From: a virus
Lineage: Duplodnaviria; Caudoviricetes
Direction: 5' to 3' (one strand)
Virus record (IMG/VR): IMGVR_UViG_3300044670_001838
Coordinates: 1-43,690 of that record
DNA length: 43,690 bases
The position numbers and the translations under genes are program-made. Positions 35,892 to 43,690 of the stretch are shown here, in pieces (the first letter of the stretch is position 1; the number at the start of each line of letters is the position of its first letter). A model generated the notes under the pieces. The model did no database searches. It was not told the origin of the DNA and saw only the letters and a program-made list of their open reading frames with translations.

Positions 35892-36365
35892 TTATTCCAC
35901 GTTGGAGGTCATAATCGCAGTGACGCGAATACGGCCCGTCGTGTGGGTTCCCGTGGTGTTCGCGAGGAACACCAGGTTGTCCTCGGTGGCGTAGTACTTG
36001 CCGAGCGTGTCAGCAGTCGCACTGGAGCCGGCGCCGAGGCCGTTCCCTGTGCTCGTGGCATCGACAGTGGCAACCCACTCATCGTCACCAGCGCTGACGC
36101 CATCTTCGCCAATCTCGAAGTCATCGAGCGTATCAGAGGCGGTGAGCACCTCATAGAAGACGCGCTCCACGAGGGTGCCCGCGGGGATGATCATCAGATC
36201 GACGCTTTCAGTTGCTGCAACACCTTCACCGCTATTGATCAACAGGTCTCCGTCATCTTCCGCCGTGGGCGAGAGATTGACGATGGCCGAGACGCGAAGC
36301 GTGGCAGTGTCGCCTACAACATGGGTGGCACCAGTGCTACCCTTAGCAATTGTGTAAGTAGCCAT
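35892..36365 (-). CDS. Capsid decoration/cement protein
   Basis: Immediately after the major capsid gene; AGGAGG RBS; IPAGTLVERVFYEV...GRIRVTA beta-rich pattern. Confidence 0.7.
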   Translation of the reverse strand: MATYTIAKGSTGATHVVGDTATLRVSAIVNLSPTAEDDGDLLINSGEGVAATESVDLMIIPAGTLVERVFYEVLTASDTLDDFEIGEDGVSAGDDEWVATVDATSTGNGLGAGSSATADTLGKYYATEDNLVFLANTTGTHTTGRIRVTAIMTSNVE

Positions 36366-36391
36366 TAGCTACCTCCTTTTGGTTGGTGAGC

Positions 36392-37324
36392 TCAGGAGCC
36401 CTTGACGGTGTACAGGCGGCCGAATGCTTCAGGCTTGATAACCTTGAAGCCGTAGGCAGCGAGGCTGCGGTAGACCTTGCCGAATTCGTCGGGCAGGGTG
36501 ATCGGACCTTCGGTCTCCGTGATCTGCGCAGCGAACGTCAGAGCGCTCTTCTGGCCGAAAATGACAGACGTCACCTTGTTGCCGCTGTCAGTCTGCTTGA
36601 GCAGATTGTTGCTGCGGAACAGGTTGAAGTTCTCGAAGCTGCCGATGTTGCCAGCACGGAGAAGGCTCTGCGGGTCACCAGTCATGCTGGCATCCTTGAG
36701 ATCCGAACCCTTGAGCTTGGCGAGCCACCATGGCGGGGCGACGATGTAGCGGTCATCATCGGGAACATTTTGCTCATCGAGGACGAGACCCATGTTGATG
36801 ATCTGGCTGATGATGTTCGCCTCAGTGGTGACGACGGGGGCGCCGGTGTCACCGAGGTTGATGTCTTGGCTTTCCTTGCCGGCGGTCGTGCCTTTGTTGT
36901 CGGCATGGGCATCGGTGGGAACGCCTTGGATGACATCACCATCGATGTCGACGCGAAGGCTCATCGCCGCGCTCTGGATCCAGTCTGGGATGTAATCCAG
37001 ATCGGACTGGTAGCTGTCAACATACTCTTGAGCGATGTTGAAGTACCGAGCCTCGGAGATGACGAGTTCTTCGACGCCAACCTTGGGGCGATCGAGTTTG
37101 AGCTTCTGGCCCTTTTGGTAGGGGCGAGAGGCGATGCGGGGGGTCGTCCGGATCTTGACCGTGTCGCCCTGCTCACGAATCTCTTCTTCGTGGTCAGTGT
37201 TGGCGATCAGGTTGAATACGGTGGCCTTGAAGAACTCTTCGATGAGAGTCCCGGACCAGATCGCATTCGGGGTCAGGTTGCCGGATGCCTGTGGGTGGCC
37301 TGCGGCCGCGTTGATAACTGGCAT
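36392..37324 (-). CDS. Major capsid protein (HK97 fold, P22-coat-like)
   Basis: PNAIWSGTL...IANTDHEEEIREQGDTVKI, LDEQNVPDDDRYIVAPP, GNIGSFENFNLFRSNNL and YRSLAAYGFKVIKPEA; follows the scaffold gene. Confidence 0.9.
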   Translation of the reverse strand: MPVINAAAGHPQASGNLTPNAIWSGTLIEEFFKATVFNLIANTDHEEEIREQGDTVKIRTTPRIASRPYQKGQKLKLDRPKVGVEELVISEARYFNIAQEYVDSYQSDLDYIPDWIQSAAMSLRVDIDGDVIQGVPTDAHADNKGTTAGKESQDINLGDTGAPVVTTEANIISQIINMGLVLDEQNVPDDDRYIVAPPWWLAKLKGSDLKDASMTGDPQSLLRAGNIGSFENFNLFRSNNLLKQTDSGNKVTSVIFGQKSALTFAAQITETEGPITLPDEFGKVYRSLAAYGFKVIKPEAFGRLYTVKGS

Positions 37325-37343
37325 TGTTCCTGTTTCCTATTGC

Positions 37344-38294
37344 TCATGCGGGTTGCTGTGCCAGGGCCTCTTTGTGAGCCTTGGATTTAGTCACCGCGTC
37401 ATGATAAACTTTGAGTTCTTGCGCTGCCTGCTTGTCTCCACGCCCCCTGGCCGCACGCAACGCCTTGTAGCGCGACTCGGTCATGGGGGGAATCTCAGCA
37501 GGAGCAGTGGATGGAGAACCCGTGCCTCCGGGCGTAACCGGTATGATACTGTCAGCGGGCGGGCGATTGGTGCCCTTGGACTGCTTGTACGCCGTGAAGA
37601 CGTTGAGCAATCCGGCACCATCGTAGGCAGCGTTCGCGTCGTTGAACTCGTCACCGTAAGTACGGTTCGTGGAGGGGTTCACTGCAGAGCGAGCCCAGTC
37701 CTTGAATTCAGACTTCTTGAGGGTGGCTTCCCAATCGACCATGCGAGAGTCCAAGTAACTGAACACCTCGAGTTGGCGATCGGAGAAGCTTGCTGCTTCC
37801 GGCGGCTCGTATGGCGGCTGTTCGGAGGTGGGGGTTTGCGAAGGCTCTTCAGGGTCATCCTGAAACGTCACGGGCGGCTGACTCTGCGAGGTGTGGTGCG
37901 CAAAATTGTGCCAGATGGCATCTGCTGCTTCCTGACCTAGCGAATCAACCATGTCTTCCGGAGTCGGCGGGGGCGGCTTCAGGCTTTCCAGTTCAGCGAT
38001 TTGAGCACGGGCCTCGGAAAGATCAGTGCGCAGTGTCATGATCTCGGCGTTGGCCTTGTTGATCACTTCTCTGGCATCGGTCTCGAAGGCAGTGTGCTGG
38101 GAGTTCTGCGCTGTCAATCGGCCATGGGCTGAGTGATAGCGGCGTTCCCAGTCGACCTCAGGCTCAGCAGCGGGAGACTGCACATCGGGTGCATCAGTCT
38201 GCGGCTGGTCAGCTTGTGTGTCGACTATTTCGATTACTGTGGGCTCTGCGGCGGGCGCAGCTTCTTCGGGGTTTGTGACTTCTGGATTGTCCAT
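37344..38294 (-). CDS. Scaffolding protein
   Basis: Acidic Pro-rich N-terminus, DWERRYHSAHGRL, coiled coil; GAAGGA RBS before ATG 38294; directly upstream of the capsid gene. Confidence 0.75.
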   Translation of the reverse strand: MDNPEVTNPEEAAPAAEPTVIEIVDTQADQPQTDAPDVQSPAAEPEVDWERRYHSAHGRLTAQNSQHTAFETDAREVINKANAEIMTLRTDLSEARAQIAELESLKPPPPTPEDMVDSLGQEAADAIWHNFAHHTSQSQPPVTFQDDPEEPSQTPTSEQPPYEPPEAASFSDRQLEVFSYLDSRMVDWEATLKKSEFKDWARSAVNPSTNRTYGDEFNDANAAYDGAGLLNVFTAYKQSKGTNRPPADSIIPVTPGGTGSPSTAPAEIPPMTESRYKALRAARGRGDKQAAQELKVYHDAVTKSKAHKEALAQQPA

Positions 38295-38364
38295 GTCGTT
38301 CCTTCTGGTTTGGCGTGGCATTTCTGCGAGGCCGGTGCGAGGCTCTTTCGAGCGTGGCGTGGGC

Positions 38365-38613
38365 TTAGTATTCGTTGGGATCTAGTATGTCTGCTTCGGC
38401 TTTGTCCCGGGCAGCCACACACGATTCCAGGTGAGTGATGATGTTTTCGTATGACTTGACTTGTGCTTGCAGCTGCACCATCTCGAGGTGCTCGTCTGCG
38501 GGGAGAGAGACAAAGTCTTGGATGACGTTTTCGCGAGCACCGCGCAGGTAGTCCAAGAACTTCCCGTCGCGTTGCGCGCCAATGCCGGCCAAGAACTCTG
38601 TCATCTCATCCAT
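38365..38613 (-). CDS. Small helical head-assembly-region protein
   Basis: About 82 aa, helical (LEMVQLQAQVKSYENII), in the usual slot between portal and scaffold. Confidence 0.6.
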   Translation of the reverse strand: MDEMTEFLAGIGAQRDGKFLDYLRGARENVIQDFVSLPADEHLEMVQLQAQVKSYENIITHLESCVAARDKAEADILDPNEY

Positions 38614-38617
38614 GGGT

Positions 38618-39391
38618 CTAGCGCTCCTGTGCGACTTCCCAGTAGTCAACGAGCATGACCTCGGCGTTGTTGCTTCCGGCCTTCAGCCCCATGATGACGT
38701 TCATCTCCTCAAGGGCACTTGCCGTTGCGATAGCCAAGCGGGCGCCTTCCTTGCCGTCCACATAGAAGGTCACAAACCCCTTGCCATCCCAGTGAAGTTC
38801 GAGGGTTTGCCAGGTGGCCGAGACCAGCGTCCCGGCATTGGTATCAGTGGCTTGGTTCGTTGCCTCGGATGTCTCAGCCTGCCACGCGCTGCTGCTGGAG
38901 ACCTTGTAAAACACAGCCCCATCATAGGAGGCCGCTGGGCCGCCGGTGGTGTTGAGCATGAAGTCGGCGGCGGTGGTGTCGCTCAGGCCAACCACCACGA
39001 TGGCATCGTCGGTGTTTCCTTCGGTGACCTTGACGCGAGCCTTGAATGACGCCTTCTTGCCGGCGATGAACTTGACCGTCTGCTTCAGGGTCCACAGGTA
39101 GATGTCATTGTTGGCAGTGGCGCCAGTCGTGATCTTGACTGCACCATGAAGGGCCTCAGTCGTTGCGCCATCTGCGATAGTGCCCGCGGCGCCGCTGGAG
39201 CCATAGAGATCTGAGTCAGTCACCGCCGTCCCTGCTTGGGTCGCGGGGCCTCGGTAAAAGTCATCGAAGTCATCGGACTGAACGTGCCAGTCCAAGGAGC
39301 CGACGATGCCGACCTCCAACTCATCAACTACGTTCTTGGCGGAGAGGGTCTGAACCCTCCATTTGCTCCGGCGAAAAGTGCCCTTGCTCAT
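38618..39391 (-). CDS. Concanavalin-A-like beta-sandwich putative head protein
   Basis: DDFDDF, FKARVKV, WQTLELHWDG..VTFYVDG and MLVDYWEVAQER; AAGGAG RBS; ATGA overlap with the portal gene. Confidence 0.65.
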   Translation of the reverse strand: MSKGTFRRSKWRVQTLSAKNVVDELEVGIVGSLDWHVQSDDFDDFYRGPATQAGTAVTDSDLYGSSGAAGTIADGATTEALHGAVKITTGATANNDIYLWTLKQTVKFIAGKKASFKARVKVTEGNTDDAIVVVGLSDTTAADFMLNTTGGPAASYDGAVFYKVSSSSAWQAETSEATNQATDTNAGTLVSATWQTLELHWDGKGFVTFYVDGKEGARLAIATASALEEMNVIMGLKAGSNNAEVMLVDYWEVAQER

Positions 39392-41460
39392 GTCATTGCT
39401 CCTTGTTGGTGGGCTGGATTGCCCTCGGCCGACTCCGATGTCGGCTGGTCACTGTTGTCCCCCGGAGGAAGCATGCCAGGCATCTGGCCGCCCCCCATCG
39501 GAAGGGGAAGGTCCTCCGGAATCACATCCGCAGGAAAGTTGTGGTGGCGCATCGCGGACTTCAGCATCTTAGAGATGCCCTCCATCCCAATGATCTGCAT
39601 GGTGACCGGGTTGCTTAGCACCTGGCCGAGAAAGGCTTGCTGCTTCATCGCAGTGGTTTCGCGGATCAGCAATTCGAGGGCGCCCTGGGGACGGACTTCA
39701 TGGTCGCCAATCAACTCCGGGTCGCCGGCATATTCTTGAACCCACCATACCACTTCTTGGATGGCTGGTTCAAAGACGTCATTGTCCAAGTTCATCAGCA
39801 CGCGCTTCACTCCCTTGGCGCTGGCGCCCATGAGCATCGACAGTCCACTGGCGGTCTCGCCGGCGCCCTGCACGCCCGCATTTCCGTGTTGGAAGCGGGG
39901 GATGCCGCTATGATCATCGGCTTCGCGGGTGAACTTCTCAGCCATTGCCAAGAAGTGATTGGTGTTCATCGTCGGCTGGAACTGATCAAGGGGGCGAGAC
40001 TTCTCGCCATTGCGTCCACCCTGGCACACGTAAACCTTGCCCGGGAAGTGCTGGCCCGGCTGCTGGCCCGGGGCCAATCGATTGATGTCGTTGTAAATGA
40101 TGCCCGGGGTAGCGCTGATCGCCGCGTTGTTAATCATTTCGCGCATAGTAGCGCAATAGGCGGCCTGAACAGAGGCGAGGCGGGATGGCAGCGACTGACC
40201 CCAAAAGGCACCAGGGATCTTCTCAAAGCTTGTCTTGAAGTACGGCCGGTTGCCTAGCGGGTGCGGATTGATGACCGCACGGATTACCGTCTTGCTGCGT
40301 GTGCTGATCCAGCAGTTGACCGGGTACTCGTCTGTCCAGTTATCAATCTCCTTCATGCCCCACTCGCTGAGCATGTATCCGGGGACGGTCCCCCAGTAGT
40401 CGAGAATTTCTACGGAATCATCGTAGAAGGACGCGCTGTCGTAGCGAGCCTCTGTATGGTCTCGCTGGTTGTCGATATCGATCTGATGATTGGTGAACTC
40501 GCGATTGGCCAAGACAAACTGGATGGAGGCATTGTCGAACCCGGGAGCATTCTTGCATGCGGTTAGATCAGCTGCAGTCAGTCTCATGCGCTCGATCAGG
40601 TAGCGGTCATTTATGCCGCGGCTGCCAGGGGCGGGATACATATCCAGCTGGCTGACACGGCGAAAGGTGGGCACCAATTCAGCTTCGACCACCTTGTGAA
40701 CTTGGCCGTCTCGCACTTTGAACTTGATCTGCTTCTTGTAGCGCGGGGTTGGTCCCTTGAGAAACGCAGCCCGGGCGACGGTGATGTCATCGATAACTTC
40801 AGTCACCGCTTGGTAGAACCCGCCCTTCTTGAGAAAGTCTTCTGTGCGGCGCTCGAGCTTGCGAGCTCTTCGTGCGGCCTCCTCGATCTTCTCAGCGTCA
40901 ACAATCTCTTTCAACTGGCTAGCTGCCTCGCGGGCCAAGCTCGGGTCGACAAGTCCACCCTGCTCCCAGGTCTGCATGAACTGCATCATCGCTTGGTCAG
41001 CAATCGCCTGCTCTACCTCCTCGGGGAGCTCTACCTCCGGGGATGGCTGCAGGCGCCACATCTTGTCATCTTGGCTGGCACCACTCAGGACGTCGTTGAT
41101 CCATGAGTTTAGCGCCTGGCACTTGTACGAGGTCAGGGGGAAGTATCTCTTGGTCCCTCCTCGCTTTGAGATCCGGGCCAAGACATCAGCCTCATAAGCA
41201 CCCTCGCGCTGGCGGGCATCGGCAAGCATCCTATGCTCGATGCTATCCTTTGCCTGCTGAGCCTTCTCCCAGTCGCGCAGAATGTGTCCAGCTAGCTTCT
41301 TGAGGACAGGCTCGTTGCGGCGCTGCTCGGCTTCCTCTTCCGCAGTCATGTATTCCTTGTGCGCCTGGTTGGGCGAAGAAGGTACTGCACGGGGGCGAGA
41401 CTGGTTTGATGTCGATCCAGACATCGTACTCATATCTGCGGCAGGAGCGCTGGCTGGCAT
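39388..41460 (-). CDS. Portal (head-tail connector) protein
   Basis: About 690 aa; LKGP, RVSQLDMYPAPG, VEILDYWG, RAVINPHPLGNRPY..SFEKIPGAFWG and ADDHSGIP...GETASGLSMLM; start probably ATG 41460. Confidence 0.9.
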   Translation of the reverse strand: MPASAPAADMSTMSGSTSNQSRPRAVPSSPNQAHKEYMTAEEEAEQRRNEPVLKKLAGHILRDWEKAQQAKDSIEHRMLADARQREGAYEADVLARISKRGGTKRYFPLTSYKCQALNSWINDVLSGASQDDKMWRLQPSPEVELPEEVEQAIADQAMMQFMQTWEQGGLVDPSLAREAASQLKEIVDAEKIEEAARRARKLERRTEDFLKKGGFYQAVTEVIDDITVARAAFLKGPTPRYKKQIKFKVRDGQVHKVVEAELVPTFRRVSQLDMYPAPGSRGINDRYLIERMRLTAADLTACKNAPGFDNASIQFVLANREFTNHQIDIDNQRDHTEARYDSASFYDDSVEILDYWGTVPGYMLSEWGMKEIDNWTDEYPVNCWISTRSKTVIRAVINPHPLGNRPYFKTSFEKIPGAFWGQSLPSRLASVQAAYCATMREMINNAAISATPGIIYNDINRLAPGQQPGQHFPGKVYVCQGGRNGEKSRPLDQFQPTMNTNHFLAMAEKFTREADDHSGIPRFQHGNAGVQGAGETASGLSMLMGASAKGVKRVLMNLDNDVFEPAIQEVVWWVQEYAGDPELIGDHEVRPQGALELLIRETTAMKQQAFLGQVLSNPVTMQIIGMEGISKMLKSAMRHHNFPADVIPEDLPLPMGGGQMPGMLPPGDNSDQPTSESAEGNPAHQQGAMT

Positions 41461-41488
41461 GTGAACCCTGAGGCTAAGGTGAAAATAA

Positions 41489-41596
41489 GGCGAGGCGACC
41501 CGGAGAGGGTCAACCTCACCAAATGACGCTAAGCCCAACGTCAGAGCTCAATTACACCATGTACAAGATTTGTCAAAGGTATACATTTTTTGTACA
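41489..41596 (-). promoter_or_regulatory. Putative late promoter and structured leader upstream of the portal gene
   Basis: TTGACA on the minus strand at 41571-41576 inside an imperfect inverted repeat (41560-41596); a -10-like TGTAAT lies only 14 nt away; hairpin at 41489-41520. Confidence 0.4.
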
Positions 41597-41769
41597 CAGG
41601 ACATCATGCAGGCGAATGCCCAAGGCACACGCACACCCGTAGTTCAATCTTTTTTTTGCAGAAATGCTGAAAATCACCTCATGCCTGAGCTGTAGGGACC
41701 ACAATTGCATGAAATCACCACATTGGGGCGAGTGGGCAACAGCATCACAACCAACATTAGGAGATCACA

Positions 41770-41955
41770 GTGACGACAATCAAATCTGCCCGCATTGAGC
41801 GCGGCCTGAAACAATGCGAACTCGCCTTCAAGGCGGGGGTCAACATCCAGAGCCTGTCGCGATGGGAGAACGGGTGGGCAAGGCCCAGCGCTGAATCCGC
41901 GGCGAAGCTGGCCAGCGTCCTCGGCGTCTCTCCCGCGAGCCTGCGAAACCCTTAG
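41770..41955 (+). CDS. Cro/CI-type HTH transcriptional regulator
   Basis: IKSARIERGLKQCELAFKAGVNIQSLSRWENG.ARPS...KLASVLGVS; AGGAG RBS before the GTG. Confidence 0.9.
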   Translation: MTTIKSARIERGLKQCELAFKAGVNIQSLSRWENGWARPSAESAAKLASVLGVSPASLRNP

Positions 41956-42137
41956 TTGCAGATCACGGCATGCCAGGCGAACGGCATCGGCTGAGGCGCC
42001 GCAGCTGTCTGGGTGTAGGAACAGACCTCTCGCCACTGCTTCTGACGGGACTCCGCAGCAAGGTCGGCGCGCTCACCGTCAGTAACCACCAGGGGCGACT
42101 TGCTCTCTTGGGATTCGGGCATTGCGAGATTCATCAT
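41952..42137 (-). CDS. Small hypothetical protein
   Basis: Its stop overlaps the HTH stop by 4 nt (convergent); TTGACA lies just upstream at 42154-42159. Confidence 0.35.
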   Translation of the reverse strand: MMNLAMPESQESKSPLVVTDGERADLAAESRQKQWREVCSYTQTAAAPQPMPFAWHAVICN

Positions 42138-42182
42138 GCCCGTACTGATACCCTGTCAAGTCGGATTCTGCCACAAGGGCAC

Positions 42183-42217
42183 AAAAAAGCCCGCCCATCC
42201 GTAAAGGACAAGCGGGC
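42183..42217 (-). terminator. Rho-independent terminator
   Basis: Minus strand GCCCGC-ttg-TCC-tttac-GGA-tgg-GCGGGC followed by TTTTTT, just after the 42240 stop. Confidence 0.75.
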
Positions 42218-42239
42218 CGTGATGATGAAGCGCCGGCGG

Positions 42240-42746
42240 TCAGGCGTGAGAGACGATGTCCTGCAGGCGACGAACGAATCGCCCCGTCCGCGCATGCAGA
42301 CCATTAAAAGCCATACGCTGCAGCGGAGTCAGATTAAGGTCCGAACCCAACACCACTAACTCGGACTTCAGACGCTCGGCCTCAGTTAAGGATTCAGACA
42401 GGGCGTCAATCGGAAAAGGATTGCGCTCCAAGACATCCGCCGGACGAAGGGATAGACCAGGAAGGCATGTCTCAGGCTCGGGACACGGCGCCGGATCGGC
42501 TTCTGGCTCCGGACACGGGTTGTCGCCAAGCCACTTCTCCAGCGTCGAGAGGGAACCCCGGCGAGGAACCCTCTCGCAACGAATCCAGGCGTGAAGGCTG
42601 TCATCTGTCACCTCCATCCAGCGAGCCAGAGTCGTCACCGCGGCGTCAGCACGGCGACCAGTGGCACGAAGATGAGACACCCACGATTGCAGAGAGGGTA
42701 GAAGATTGTCGCGACGAACGACGCGCGATTTGAGGTTGGGAGTCAC
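42240..42746 (-). CDS. HTH-containing protein
   Basis: AAGGAGG RBS before GTG 42746; TTLARWMEVTDDSLHAWIRCERVPRRGSLSTLEKWL is Cro-like. Confidence 0.65.
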   Translation of the reverse strand: MTPNLKSRVVRRDNLLPSLQSWVSHLRATGRRADAAVTTLARWMEVTDDSLHAWIRCERVPRRGSLSTLEKWLGDNPCPEPEADPAPCPEPETCLPGLSLRPADVLERNPFPIDALSESLTEAERLKSELVVLGSDLNLTPLQRMAFNGLHARTGRFVRRLQDIVSHA

Positions 42747-42771
42747 GATGGACCTCCTTTTGGGGTTGGGC

Positions 42772-42993
42772 TTAGGGCAGGGAAAGAGAAGATGGATGAG
42801 CGGAGATCGCCGCTGCACGGGCACGGCGCTGACAAGTCCTGCGAATAAGACCAAGATCAGACCACTCAGGAGTTAAAGACAATCCAGTCGCATGGCACTC
42901 AGGGCAACCACCGCCACCGCAGTTGTCGCAACGGCGAAGAGAAGAACGAAAAGGCTCCGGCATCTCCAAGGGCGGATGGTCGCGAGGATTCAT
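42772..42993 (-). CDS. Small Zn-finger protein (CxxCxGxG type)
   Basis: CDNCGGGGCPECHATG; ATGA coupling. Confidence 0.55.
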   Translation of the reverse strand: MNPRDHPPLEMPEPFRSSLRRCDNCGGGGCPECHATGLSLTPEWSDLGLIRRTCQRRARAAAISAHPSSLSLP

Positions 42994-43277
42994 TCGTCGC
43001 GAGCCGCCGGGACATTCCCGATCACTGTCAACTTACGCAACGCAGGAACGGTATCGTAACCCGGCATAGACAGCGCTGAACACACTTTCTGCATCAACCC
43101 ATGGCTGCCACGGTCATGGCCGCACAGGACACGACTCAAGGCCGCCTGGCTGCAACGAGCATGCGCACAGAACTCCCCCAAATGATTCCACCCAGCCATC
43201 ACGATCAAACGACGCAAATCCATCCCCTCCTCGTAACGAGCAAGACGGGCCAGGGATTCTTCTTCTTCAGCACTCAT
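42990..43277 (-). CDS. Cro/CI-type HTH protein
   Basis: LRRLIVMAGWNHLGEFCAHARCSQAALSRVLCG...LMQKVCSAL; GAGGAG RBS. Confidence 0.7.
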   Translation of the reverse strand: MSAEEEESLARLARYEEGMDLRRLIVMAGWNHLGEFCAHARCSQAALSRVLCGHDRGSHGLMQKVCSALSMPGYDTVPALRKLTVIGNVPAARDE

Positions 43278-43456
43278 CGCCGCTCCTCCCCAAACATCTC
43301 GTGCGCGTCTTGCAACTCACCGCACTCGTCACAGCGAAAACCAACCATCAAAACCTCTTCGCCAGATGCGTCCTCAGCGTACCAGATCTCAACCTCGCCC
43401 ACGTTCCAACCAAACACATGCGACAACCAATGACGAAACCTTCGAAACATGCTCAT
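43274..43456 (-). CDS. Small hypothetical protein with His/CxxC motif
   Basis: GGAGG RBS; FRCDECG; ATGA coupling. Confidence 0.6.
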   Translation of the reverse strand: MSMFRRFRHWLSHVFGWNVGEVEIWYAEDASGEEVLMVGFRCDECGELQDAHEMFGEERR

Positions 43457-43566
43457 CTCAAGACCTCCAGTCTAAAGAAGGGGACTCACACCCCACCTGT
43501 AAGTCAAAGACAAAGGCCCAATCCCATATCTCCGTTCGACGCTCACTCGCCGTCTGCATGAAACAC

Positions 43567-43616
43567 AAAGTAAACACTCATACTTACCTCTGCAAATTAT
43601 TTGCGCAAAATATTTT
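43567..43616 (-). promoter_or_regulatory. Sigma70-like promoter with overlapping palindromes
   Basis: Minus strand TTGCAG (43590-43595), 17 nt spacer, TACTTT (43567-43572); palindromes GCAAAT-T-ATTTGC (43592-43604), TTTGCGCAAA (43600-43609) and AAAATATTTT (43607-43616). Confidence 0.55.
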
Positions 43617-43690
43617 AGGCGACGGACAAAGGATATTTTTTCGCGGGAGGACCTGTCGTATATGGACCGGGCGGGTCCCCCGGCATCGAT

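Noticed and set aside
36365-36394. Capsid read-through or frameshift fusion to the decoration protein
   Set aside because: An in-frame TAA follows the TGA after eight codons, no slippery site is evident, and the next gene has its own AGGAGG RBS.
13018-37940. Long plus-strand ORFs such as 13018..13761, 19670..20437, 25494..26348, 35182..35994 and 36383..37390
   Set aside because: They are antisense shadows of well-supported minus-strand genes in GC-rich DNA and show no motifs.
38355-41539. 9-nt complementarity (TGGGCTTAG / CTAAGCCCA) between the portal leader and the scaffold leader
   Set aside because: Too short to exceed chance; the same word also occurs in the (PK)n repeat.
41952-42137. 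Peptide as a RiPP precursor
   Set aside because: No modifying enzyme or transporter nearby and no recognisable leader/core motif.
1-43690. tRNA/rRNA genes, integrase, att sites or stop-codon reassignment
   Set aside because: No cloverleaf or recombinase motif was seen, and genes tile tightly under the standard code using all three stop codons.

Overview
The window is a contiguous piece of a tailed dsDNA phage or prophage genome with a short-tailed (podovirus-like) gene set; no host genes are recognisable. A rightward block (<2-6018) carries a replication initiator with internal iteron-like repeats, a DnaB helicase, a PAPS-reductase-like PP-loop enzyme, a RusA-like resolvase and small accessory genes. 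A long leftward late operon (41460 down to 6002) runs: portal, lectin-like protein, scaffold, major capsid, decoration protein, adaptors, LamG protein, beta-helix tailspike, tail nozzle, GNAT, two ejection proteins, a 3879-aa polyvalent protein, appendage genes, lipoprotein, holin-like protein and class-3 lipase. The right end holds three HTH genes and small Cys-rich ORFs. No terminase, integrase or peptidoglycan endolysin is recognisable. Three observations stand out. (1) The giant protein is a string of enzyme-like modules separated by eight copies of a D-[IV]-R-F-S-[IL]-type motif, partly conserved at DNA level. (2) Three consecutive late genes, two of them fibre- or lectin-like, carry Sec-type signal peptides. 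(3) The end of the late operon has a lipase where an endolysin is expected. All family assignments come from reading motifs by eye, not from database searches.
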